NCBI GenBank assembly: GCA_007133465.1
Contig: SLMP01000104.1
Coordinates: 1-24,000 of the forward strand
Reading direction: 5' to 3'
Length of the DNA: 24,000 nt
DNA from: Nitriliruptoraceae bacterium
GTDB lineage: Bacteria; Actinomycetota; Nitriliruptoria; Nitriliruptorales; Nitriliruptoraceae
Shown: positions 17,500 to 24,000 of the stretch, in pieces
Numbering within the stretch: position 1 is the first letter of the stretch
Layout of the letters: each line of letters starts with the position of its first letter
The notes under the pieces: model-generated
Seen by the model: only the letters and a program-made list of their open reading frames with translations
Told to the model about the DNA's origin: nothing
Database searches by the model: none
Translations under genes and position numbers: made by a program

Positions 17500-17571
17500 T
17501 CGGGGGTGGTGTAATCGGTAACACGGCTGGTTCTGGTCCAGTTATTGAGGGTTCGAGTCCTTCCCCCCGAG
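17500..17571 (+). tRNA. tRNA-Gln (anticodon CTG)
   Basis: 72-nt cloverleaf folded by hand:
- acceptor stem TCGGGGG/CCCCCGA, with U1-A72
- D stem GTGT/ACAC
- anticodon stem GCTGG/CCAGT, with loop TTCTGGT
- T arm GAGGG-TTCGAGT-CCTTC
- discriminator G
CCA is not encoded. Confidence 0.9.
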
Positions 17572-17670
17572 CAGGTCGATCCGTTGCAGCACGAACGGTT
17601 CGACCGAGGAGCACCACCCGGGTACCTTTCGGCACCCGCGCCGGGCACCGACAGGTGTCCGCGATGACAC

Positions 17671-17743
17671 GGCCCCGTCGTCTAGCGGCCTAGGACGCCG
17701 CCCTCTCAAGGCGGTAGCGAGGGTTCAAATCCCTTCGGGGCTG
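17671..17743 (+). tRNA. tRNA-Glu (anticodon CTC)
   Basis: 73-nt cloverleaf folded by hand:
- acceptor stem GGCCCCG/CGGGGCT, with G1-U72 wobble
- D arm GTCT...GGAC
- anticodon stem CCGCC/GGCGG, with loop CTCTCAA (anticodon 17705-17707)
- T arm GAGGG-TTCAAAT-CCCTT. Confidence 0.88.
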
Positions 17744-18536
17744 CTGTTCCTGCGTTCTGCGAGGCCCCCGGGTCCCCCGGGGGCCTCGCAGCATGTCGCG
17801 GGGCGTCGGGGTCGACGGCTCCTGCTGGAGGGGCTCCGTCGACCAGGTCCTGGTACCGGGTCAGGATCTGGAGGGCCCAGGCGATCTTGTCCTGCACGCG
17901 TTGGCCGGAGGGGTGCGACGAGGACCAGAGTTCAAGGTTCTCCGGCCGGTTGTCCGTCCGCACACCGTTGACGTGGTGGACGCTCTCGTCGCTCGCGAGC
18001 GGGCGTCCGAGCATCCGTGCCATGATCAGGCGGTGTTCCGCGGTGGACGACCGCCCTTCGATCAGCCAGCGTTCGTCTGGCGCGACCGGCACGATCCAGT
18101 AGCCGTGGCTCTCGTAGCCCTCACCGGTCACGACGCGGATCGGCTCATCCGGTCTGGCGTCGCCGGTGGCGAGGAACCGGCGGTAGTGGGTGTTGCAGAG
18201 ATCCCTGGCATAGCTGCGGCGACTGCAACCGTCGACGGAGCAGGGTCGCGCCGTTCGGATCGGACGGTCGGCTTGGACATCTCCGTACTGGCGCCAGCGC
18301 TGGTAGTGCGCGTGGCACCAGCCGCGCGTCTTGGCCGGATTGTCGCAGCCATCCACCGCGCAGTCCGGACGGTGCGCCTCGCGTTCGGGCGAACCGGTCC
18401 GCAACCAGCGCTTGTAGTGCATCGCACACCAGCCGCGCGCGTCGTGCTCGCGGGTGCAGCTTGCCTCCCGACAGGTCGCGGCGCTGCCCGTGTCCTGTTC
18501 GTGCTCGTTCGGTTCTGGCATCCCTCCATTCCCCAC
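17706..18536 (-). CDS. HNH endonuclease with three N-terminal C-x4-C-x9-C-x2-H modules
   Basis: The HNH core is AEHRLIMARMLGRPL...ESVHHVNGVRTDNRPENLELW. There are three tandem repeats of C-x4-C-x9-C-x2-HY-x-R(W/F): CREASC...WCAMHYKRW, CAVDGC...WCHAHYQRW and CSVDGC...LCNTHYRRF. The start is GTG 18536 or ATG 18521. The last 45 or so codons have poor GC3 and run through the hairpin into the antisense of tRNA-Glu, so the 3' boundary of the functional protein is uncertain. Confidence 0.75.
   Translation of the reverse strand: MGNGGMPEPNEHEQDTGSAATCREASCTREHDARGWCAMHYKRWLRTGSPEREAHRPDCAVDGCDNPAKTRGWCHAHYQRWRQYGDVQADRPIRTARPCSVDGCSRRSYARDLCNTHYRRFLATGDARPDEPIRVVTGEGYESHGYWIVPVAPDERWLIEGRSSTAEHRLIMARMLGRPLASDESVHHVNGVRTDNRPENLELWSSSHPSGQRVQDKIAWALQILTRYQDLVDGAPPAGAVDPDAPRHAARPPGDPGASQNAGTAAPKGFEPSLPP
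17757..17791. terminator. 16-bp perfect GC-rich hairpin (CTGCGAGGCCCCCGGG tcc CCCGGGGGCCTCGCAG)
   Basis: All 16 pairs were verified by hand. The hairpin begins 14 nt after tRNA-Glu and has no U-tract on either strand. It is probably the terminator of the gltX-tRNA unit. It lies inside the 3' end of the HNH ORF on the other strand. Confidence 0.55.
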
Positions 18537-18616
18537 CCGCCCCCGGGCGCTGTCGTGACCCTCTCAGCATCGCCGAGCGGTGTGACAGCCGACGCGGAGT
18601 GCTGACCCGACCCCAA

Positions 18617-18661
18617 GAAGGTGAACGACGACGCGAACCGTTCACCTTCCGTTCGCTTTCC
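18617..18661. promoter_or_regulatory. PHO-box-like repeat array upstream of pstS
   Basis: An 11-bp perfect inverted repeat, GAAGGTGAACG (18617-18627) / CGTTCACCTTC (18639-18649), has an 11-nt spacer. Tandem 11-nt direct repeats GTTCACCTTCC (18640-18650) and GTTCGCTTTCC (18651-18661) are 9/11 identical. The minus strand carries the mirror pair GTTCGC (18637-18632) and GTTCACC (18626-18620), also 11 nt apart. The array ends 77 nt before the pstS ATG. Confidence 0.5.
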
Positions 18662-18737
18662 TCGATGGGTGCCGTCAACCGCGCTCCGTAGCGTGCGCCA
18701 CGTCAACCTCTCCCGCTCCCACAGGAGTCGCATCAAG

Positions 18738-19892
18738 ATGCGCACCTTCACGCGGAGGATCGCCGTGCTCACGGCCGCCTCCCTCCTCGCTGTCGCCTGT
18801 GGCGGCGACGGCGACGCCGGTGACCCCACCGCAGCCGACACCGGCGACGACACCGCCACCGGGGCCGGCGACGACGCCGGTGACGACGAGACGACCGACG
18901 ACGGCGACGACGCAGCCGCTGGCGACCGTCCCGCCGGGCAGCTCGACGGCGCCGGCGCCACCTTCCCGACGCCCGTGTTCGAGGAGTGGATCTTCACCTA
19001 CACCGGCGACGTGAACACCGACGCGTCGATCAACTACCAGTCCATCGGCTCCGGCGGCGGCATCGAGCAGTTCCTCGCCGAGACCGTCGACTTCGGCTCC
19101 TCGGAGCGTGTCCTCTCCGAGGAGGACCTCGAGCTCGCCGAGGAGCAGCGGGGTTGCGCACCGATCGAGATCCCCGTCGTCTTCGGCGCCGTCGTGATGG
19201 CGACCGTCGACCCCGCACTCGACGGGCTCACCCTCGACGCCAACGCCATCGCCGACATCTTCGAGCGTCGCATCACCCGCTGGGACGACCCGGCCCTCGT
19301 CGAGCTCAACCCGGACCTGGACCTGCCCGACATGGACATCATCCCGGTCCACCGTTCGGACGGATCGGGTACGACCTCGGTGTTCACCAAGTACCTGGAC
19401 GCCGACTCCGACAACTGGACCCTCGGCGAAGGCACCGAGGTGCAGTGGCCGGCCGGCACCGTCGGTGGACAGGGCAACGAGGGCGTCTCTGCCGGGATCG
19501 AGCAGAACGAGGGTGCGATCGGGTACGTCAACCAGGCGTACGCGATCGAACTCGACCTGCAGACCGCGCTCGTCATCAACGCTGATGGCAACGCGGTGGA
19601 GCCGACCCTCGAGGCCACCTCAGCGGCCCTCGCGACCGTCGAGATCCCCGAGGACTTCCGCTTCGACATCCTCGGTGTCGGTGGCGACGGGTACCCGATC
19701 GCCGGCACGAACTGGATCTTCGCCTGGGAGTGCGGGTACGAGGCGGGCACCGCTGATCTGCTCAAGGACTTCTGGTCCTGGGCGGTCGAGGAGGGCGACG
19801 ACCTCGCGCTCGAGCTCGGCTACGCCCCGCTCGACGACTCGGTGAAGCCCGACGCCCTCGCCGCCATCGAGCGGATCAACTCGCAGGAGTGA
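18738..19892 (+). CDS. pstS: phosphate ABC transporter substrate-binding lipoprotein
   Basis: ATG 18738 follows AGGAG (18723-18727); the track ORF opens at 18621. The lipobox is LLAVACGG. The PstS motifs GAGATFPTPVF and HRSDGSGTT are present. A D/G/T-rich acidic linker follows the lipid-anchor Cys. Confidence 0.9.
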   Translation: MRTFTRRIAVLTAASLLAVACGGDGDAGDPTAADTGDDTATGAGDDAGDDETTDDGDDAAAGDRPAGQLDGAGATFPTPVFEEWIFTYTGDVNTDASINYQSIGSGGGIEQFLAETVDFGSSERVLSEEDLELAEEQRGCAPIEIPVVFGAVVMATVDPALDGLTLDANAIADIFERRITRWDDPALVELNPDLDLPDMDIIPVHRSDGSGTTSVFTKYLDADSDNWTLGEGTEVQWPAGTVGGQGNEGVSAGIEQNEGAIGYVNQAYAIELDLQTALVINADGNAVEPTLEATSAALATVEIPEDFRFDILGVGGDGYPIAGTNWIFAWECGYEAGTADLLKDFWSWAVEEGDDLALELGYAPLDDSVKPDALAAIERINSQE

Positions 19893-19905
19893 CCGCTTCC
19901 GCGCG

Positions 19906-19948
19906 CGGCACGGTGGCCCGGACCCGCGTGGTCCGGGTCGTCGTGCCG
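19906..19948 (+). other. extended stem-loop in the pstS-pstC intercistronic region
   Basis: Outer stem CGGCACG/CGTGCCG (7 bp), then a 2x2 internal loop, then inner stem GGCCCGGACC/GGTCCGGGTC (10 bp, one G-U) with a 5-nt loop. The structure was read by hand and begins 14 nt after the pstS stop. Confidence 0.45.
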
Positions 19949-20024
19949 TCCTCGGCGGTTGCGGCACCCCGGTCATCCTCTGACCGCCAGCTACTCGACG
20001 ATGAGGCCGTGAGGTGAGCTGCTG

Positions 20025-21032
20025 ATGTCCCTCGGCACCGAGCAACGACCTTTCGATCCCACCGATCTGCGCGCGACCGGCAGCGCCAGGTGGGCCGATC
20101 CCCTGTTCCGGACGATCAGCTTCGCTGCCGGCATCTCCGTGCTGCTGGTGCTCGGGCTGATGATCGGGTCCACGACCCTCGATGCGCTCCCGGTCTTCCA
20201 GTACCAGGGCCTGGTGAGCTTCTTCACCACCTCGGAATGGAACGCCGGCTCCTCCCGCAACGAGTTGACCGGCACCTACGGCGCGTTCGCCTTCATCTAC
20301 GGCACCCTGATCAGTTCGCTGATCGCGATCATGATCGCCCTGCCGCTGTCGATCGCCGTCTCGCTGTACATCAACCGCATCGCGCCGAAGCGGTTCCGCA
20401 CGACGCTCGCCTACACCGTCGAACTGCTCGCGGCGGTGCCCTCGGTCGTCTACGGACTGTGGGGTCTGCTGTCGTTCACGCCGGCGGTCCTGTTGCCCGT
20501 CTCCCGCTTCCTCAGCGGCTACCTCGGCGATGTTCCCGTCATCGGCCGGATCTTCGAGGGGCCGGTGCCGAACACGAACTACTTCATCGCCGGCAACGTC
20601 CTCGCCATCATGATCCTGCCGATCATCACCGCCATCGCCCGCGAGGTCATGGCCCAGACCCCGGCGGACCAGATCGACGCCGCGTACGGGATGGGCGCGA
20701 CCGACTGGGAGGTGATGCGCAAGGTCATCCTCCGGCGCTCGTTCCCGGGGATCGTCGGTGCCTCCATGCTCGGCCTGGGTCGCGCCCTCGGGGAGACCAT
20801 CGCCGTCGCCATGCTGATCGGCGGCCAGCAGCGATGGGGCATCAGCATCTTCTTCGCCGGCCAGTCGATGGCCGGGCACATCGCCAGCACCTTCCAGGAT
20901 GCGGCACCGGAGACGGTCAACGCCCTCATCGCCGTCGGCGTCGGCCTGTTCGTCATCACCGTCATCGTCAACATGCTCGCCCGTGTGCTGGTCTGGCGCA
21001 TCGGGCGTGTGGCAGGAGATGCGGCCCTGTGA
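20025..21032 (+). CDS. pstC: phosphate ABC transporter permease
   Basis: 335 aa, ATG after GAGGTGA. It has multi-TM topology and the PstC-type EAA-loop region (AMLIGG preceded by [14 protein letters not shown]). Confidence 0.88.
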   Translation: MSLGTEQRPFDPTDLRATGSARWADPLFRTISFAAGISVLLVLGLMIGSTTLDALPVFQYQGLVSFFTTSEWNAGSSRNELTGTYGAFAFIYGTLISSLIAIMIALPLSIAVSLYINRIAPKRFRTTLAYTVELLAAVPSVVYGLWGLLSFTPAVLLPVSRFLSGYLGDVPVIGRIFEGPVPNTNYFIAGNVLAIMILPIITAIAREVMAQTPADQIDAAYGMGATDWEVMRKVILRRSFPGIVGASMLGLGRALGETIAVAMLIGGQQRWGISIFFAGQSMAGHIASTFQDAAPETVNALIAVGVGLFVITVIVNMLARVLVWRIGRVAGDAAL

Positions 21033-21916
21033 GCGCGACCCTCAGCCCCGAACGCGAGCACCTCAGCCTCCGGACGATCGATCCGTACACGCGTCGACGC
21101 AAGCAACGCTCCCGGTTCGTCCGCGGGCTCCTCCTCGCCGCGATGGTCGTCGCGGTCATCCCGCTGTTCCTGATCCTCATCGAGGTGGTCCGACGTGGCT
21201 GGCCGGCGATGGGGTGGGAGTTCCTGACGCAGGTGCAACCGTCGGGACGCACCCCCGGGGGCGGCTACGTCCACGGGATCATCGGCACCTTCTACATGGT
21301 CGGCTTCGCCACCCTGATCTCCGTCCCCGTCGGCATCCTGGCAGCCATCTACCTCGTCGAGTACGGCCGCGGCCCACTCACCGGCATCATCCGGTTCTTC
21401 ACCGACGTGATGACCGGGGTGCCGAGCGTCTTCGTCGGGCTCTTCATCTACGCGCTCCTGGTGCGACAGATCGGCTTCGGGGCGTTCGTCGGTGGTCTCG
21501 GTCTCTCCGTGATGATGCTGCCGATCATCGTCCGGTCCAGCGAGGAGATGTTGCGGCTGGTGCCCGAGGACCAGCGAGCCGCCTCCGCCGGGCTCGGCGC
21601 TCGCAAGTGGCAGACGATCATGAAGGTGGTCCTGCCGACCGCAGCACCCGGTCTCACGACCGGCGCGATGCTCGCGGTCGCCCGCGCAGCCGGCGAGACG
21701 GCGGTGTTGCTGCTCACCGCCCTCGGCTCGCTGCAGGTCGTGAACCAGTTCCAGGGCCAGCCGATCGCGTCCATCACGCTGCTCGTGTACCGCGGCGCCC
21801 GACAGCCGTTCGCGGAAGGCCAGCAGCGGGCCTGGGCCGGCGCGCTGTTCTTGATGGTCATGGTGCTCCTGCTCACGCTGAGTGCCCGGTACATCTCCTC
21901 GCGTTCGCGTCGCTGA
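21029..21916 (+). CDS. pstA: phosphate ABC transporter permease
   Basis: GTG 21029 overlaps the pstC stop by 4 nt (GTGA), indicating translational coupling. The product is 295 aa, with the PstA-type motif [14 protein letters not shown]. The track ORF from 20090 is the same frame spuriously extended through pstC. Confidence 0.88.
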   Translation: MSATLSPEREHLSLRTIDPYTRRRKQRSRFVRGLLLAAMVVAVIPLFLILIEVVRRGWPAMGWEFLTQVQPSGRTPGGGYVHGIIGTFYMVGFATLISVPVGILAAIYLVEYGRGPLTGIIRFFTDVMTGVPSVFVGLFIYALLVRQIGFGAFVGGLGLSVMMLPIIVRSSEEMLRLVPEDQRAASAGLGARKWQTIMKVVLPTAAPGLTTGAMLAVARAAGETAVLLLTALGSLQVVNQFQGQPIASITLLVYRGARQPFAEGQQRAWAGALFLMVMVLLLTLSARYISSRSRR

Positions 21917-22023
21917 CGCCGCAGATGAACGTCGTCGCCCCAGCCGAACTCCACCCTCCCGGAGGACCCGCCGTGGTAGACCACCGCTCCTCACGCACCG
22001 CCCACCGCCCCGAGGTTGCAACG

Positions 22024-22896
22024 ATGACCGACCCCGACCCCGAGTCTGCGCTCGACGCGCGCCCTGGTCTGCAGAAGCGGACCGTCTACGAGATGGGCAC
22101 CGCGCCGGTGTCTGCCGAGGTCGGCGCGGCCGTGTTCGACGTCGAGCACGTCGACGTCCGCTACGGCGGCAACCTCGCCGTCCGTGACATCTCCCTGCGG
22201 ATCCCGAAGGGGGAGATCACGGCACTGATCGGACCGTCGGGCTGTGGCAAGTCGACGCTGTTGCGCTGTCTCAACCGGATGAACGACCTGATCGACGGCG
22301 CGAGCGTCGAAGGGTCGATCTTCTACCACGGTGAGAACATCTACGCGCCCGAGGTCGACCCCGCGGAGGTTCGCCGCCGCATCGGGATGGTGTTCCAGAA
22401 GCCGAACCCGTTCGCCATCTCGATCTACGACAACGTCGCCTTCGGCCCCCGCCTGCACGGTCTCAAGAAGGGACTCGACGATCGGGTCGAGAAGGCACTG
22501 CGCCAGGCAGCGCTGTGGGATGAGGTCAAGGACAAGCTCAACGACTCCGGCCTCGCGCTCTCCGGCGGGCAGCAGCAGCGCCTGTGTATCGCGCGCGCGG
22601 TGGCCCTCGAGCCAGATGTGATCCTGATGGACGAGCCGGCATCGGCGCTCGACCCCATCTCCACACTGGCGATCGAGGATCTGATGCGCCAGCTGCGAGG
22701 CCACTTCTCGATCGTCATCGTCACGCACAACATGCAGCAGGCGGCTCGCGTCTCCGACCGGACAGCCTTCTTCACGGTGGACATGCAGAAGGGCATCCGG
22801 GTCGGCGAGCTGGTCGAGTACGACCGGACGGAGACGATCTTCACCAACGCCGGCGACGAGAGGACCGAGGCCTACATCACCGGGCGCTTCGGCTGA
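22024..22896 (+). CDS. pstB: phosphate ABC transporter ATP-binding protein
   Basis: Walker A is GPSGCGKST, the signature motif is [14 protein letters not shown], Walker B is [11 protein letters not shown], and the H-loop is VTHNM. ATG 22024 (GAGG 8 nt upstream) gives 290 aa with an N-terminal extension of about 30 aa. ATG 22093 is an alternative start. Confidence 0.9.
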   Translation: MTDPDPESALDARPGLQKRTVYEMGTAPVSAEVGAAVFDVEHVDVRYGGNLAVRDISLRIPKGEITALIGPSGCGKSTLLRCLNRMNDLIDGASVEGSIFYHGENIYAPEVDPAEVRRRIGMVFQKPNPFAISIYDNVAFGPRLHGLKKGLDDRVEKALRQAALWDEVKDKLNDSGLALSGGQQQRLCIARAVALEPDVILMDEPASALDPISTLAIEDLMRQLRGHFSIVIVTHNMQQAARVSDRTAFFTVDMQKGIRVGELVEYDRTETIFTNAGDERTEAYITGRFG

Positions 22897-22942
22897 GCAG
22901 CGGGGTACGGGCCGGTGGTCGGGTGCACCGGGTCCCGCCGAC

Positions 22943-24000
22943 TCACACGTCCGGCGTGACCGTGCCGGCGTGGATCGCTCGGGCGGCCGTCAGCGTGTCC
23001 GCCTCTGCCGGCGTCTTGTCCGGTCGGTAGCGGCGGACGCGCGCGAAGCGCAACGCGAGCCCGCCCGGGTACCGCGTCGAGCGCACGAAGCCGTCGAGCG
23101 CGATCTCCACCACCAGTTCGGGACGGACGAGCAGGACGTGCCCCTCGCGCGCGACCTCCCGGGCGAGCAGTTCGGTGGTCTGCAAGCGCAGCAGCTCGTC
23201 GGTGAGGCCCTTGAACGTCTTGCCGAGCATCACGTACCCGGGCGCGTGCGGGTGCGACGCCGCCGTTGCCGGCTCGGCTCGGTCGTCACGGGCGCCGAGG
23301 TGGAGGTTGGAGAGCCAGCCGCGGCGTCGACCGGACCCCCACTCCGCCGCCAGCACCACGAGGTCGAGCGTGTGGACCGGCTTGACCTTCCGCCAGCTGG
23401 CCCCGCGACGGCCCGCCTCGTACGGCGCTGCCAGGTCCTTGACCAGTACGCCTTCGTGGCCAGCCGCGAGCGTCGCCTGGAGGAACGCGCGGGCCGCCTC
23501 GACGTCGTCGGTCACCAGTGACGCGGAACGGTGCTCGGCGGGGACGAGCTGCTCCAGCATCGCCCGCCGATCGCGCAACGGCTGGTCGAGGACGTCCTGC
23601 CCGTCGGCGTGGAGGACGTCGAAGCAGCGGACCGCGAGCGGCAGGGCGCGGCGCGCCGGCCCGGCGTCCTGCTCGCGCCCGACCCGCTGCATCGTCTCCT
23701 GGAAGGGACGGGGTCGTCCGTCGGGACCGAGCGCAAGCACCTCGCCGTCGAGGACGACCTGCCGGACGGGCAGGGAGCGGGCGAGCGCCACCACCTCGGG
23801 GAGCCGGTGGGTGACGTCGTTCAGGTTGCGGGTGAAGACCCCGACCTCGTCCCCGTCACGGTGGATCTGCACCCGAGCGCCGTCGAGCTTGGTGTCGACG
23901 AGTACCGCACCACGCTCGCCGACCGCCTCGGTCACATCACCGGCCGTGCTGGCGAGCATCGGCTGGAGCGGTGTGCCGAGCTGCAGCCGGAACGCGTCCA
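22943..24000 (-). CDS. ATP-dependent DNA ligase (partial; N-terminus lies beyond the window edge)
   Basis: The adenylation motif I is TKLDGAR, and the C-terminal OB-fold motif VI is [13 protein letters not shown]. The reading frame stays open upstream of the track's Met 23959 (...[17 protein letters not shown]...) to position 24000, so the gene is truncated by the window. Confidence 0.85.
   Translation of the reverse strand, partial: DAFRLQLGTPLQPMLASTAGDVTEAVGERGAVLVDTKLDGARVQIHRDGDEVGVFTRNLNDVTHRLPEVVALARSLPVRQVVLDGEVLALGPDGRPRPFQETMQRVGREQDAGPARRALPLAVRCFDVLHADGQDVLDQPLRDRRAMLEQLVPAEHRSASLVTDDVEAARAFLQATLAAGHEGVLVKDLAAPYEAGRRGASWRKVKPVHTLDLVVLAAEWGSGRRRGWLSNLHLGARDDRAEPATAASHPHAPGYVMLGKTFKGLTDELLRLQTTELLAREVAREGHVLLVRPELVVEIALDGFVRSTRYPGGLALRFARVRRYRPDKTPAEADTLTAARAIHAGTVTPDV

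Noticed and set aside
14151-17648. 1165-aa minus-strand ORF, the longest in the track
   Set aside because: It runs antisense across purB, the purB-gltX gap, gltX and part of the tRNA leader. The translation is Arg/Pro/Gly/Ala-rich low complexity with no recognisable motifs. The plus-strand genes carry clear catalytic signatures and the G/C third-position bias. This is a typical high-GC antisense artefact.
17792-18536. Compositional (GC) deviation of the HNH gene as evidence of foreign origin
   Set aside because: A hand count of 17881-18000 gave about 67% GC. A comparable sample in the PTS permease (9001-9120) gave about 67.5%. I cannot support a compositional anomaly without a proper windowed calculation.
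18559-18566. CCCTCTCA upstream of the HNH gene matching the tRNA-Glu anticodon-arm sequence, as a possible att-site duplication
   Set aside because: The match is only 8 nt. It lies in the anticodon arm rather than the 3' end of the tRNA, where att sites normally sit, and there is no integrase. It is compatible with chance.
18128-18997. 289-aa and 177-aa minus-strand ORFs crossing the HNH-pstS intergenic region
   Set aside because: They overlap the HNH gene out of frame, the regulatory repeats and the pstS 5' end. The translations are Ala/Ser/Pro/Arg-rich, and no SD or motif supports them.
19620-22021. Minus-strand ORFs 19620-20879 (419 aa) and 20579-22021 (480 aa)
   Set aside because: They lie antisense to pstS/pstC and to pstC/pstA, and their translations are charged low complexity. 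The plus-strand membrane proteins have coherent TM patterns and ABC permease motifs.
2052-22023. Upstream-extended starts in the track (2052, 3151, 5083, 11307, 13854, 14649, 18621, 20090, 20899)
   Set aside because: Each extension either overlaps the preceding gene or crosses an intergenic region with poor codon bias. An internal ATG/GTG with a proper Shine-Dalgarno coincides with the start of the conserved protein, so I used the internal starts.
1-24000. Whole-window search for CRISPR arrays, IS/transposase genes, integrases, toxin-antitoxin pairs and multi-gene defence islands
   Set aside because: I saw none of the following: regularly spaced repeats, terminal inverted repeats, DDE or tyrosine-recombinase motifs, or small paired ORFs. 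The only mobile-like gene is the solitary HNH endonuclease.

Overview
High-GC (about 70%) actinobacterial-type chromosomal segment. It is densely coding and mostly core metabolism. Plus-strand genes, in order:
- ilvE
- an HSL-family esterase
- two tandem Eis-like GNAT acetyltransferases
- dodecin
- citramalate synthase (cimA), preceded by a candidate leader
- a FAH-family hydrolase
- a cupredoxin lipoprotein
- purB
- gltX, followed by tRNA-Gln(CTG) and tRNA-Glu(CTC)
- pstSCAB

Minus-strand genes:
- a small F420/PPOX-family protein
- a two-gene PTS operon: a fused EIIA-HPr-EI protein, then an EIIC-EIIB-EIIB' permease
- TspO
- a free-standing HNH endonuclease abutting tRNA-Glu
- a partial ATP-dependent DNA ligase running off the right edge

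I found no CRISPR array, transposase, integrase, toxin-antitoxin pair or recognisable multi-gene defence locus, and I will not invent one.

The most interesting signals, in order:
1. A 27-codon leader ORF with three consecutive Ile codons. It sits in a four-segment alternative-pairing structure that ends in a hairpin sequestering the cimA Shine-Dalgarno. This is a candidate isoleucine-sensing translational attenuator.
2. The PTS pair has a proteobacterial-style fused EIIA-HPr-EI protein and a permease with a second EIIB domain whose phospho-cysteine is replaced by Ala.
3. The HNH endonuclease has three tandem C-x4-C-x9-C-x2-H modules. Its ORF has no stop of its own and reads through a 16-bp hairpin into the antisense of tRNA-Glu.
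4. A symmetric array of 11-nt GTTCAC-type repeats (PHO-box-like) lies upstream of pstS.

Many long ORFs in the track are antisense artefacts of high GC content. All product calls come from motif recognition by eye; no database search was run.
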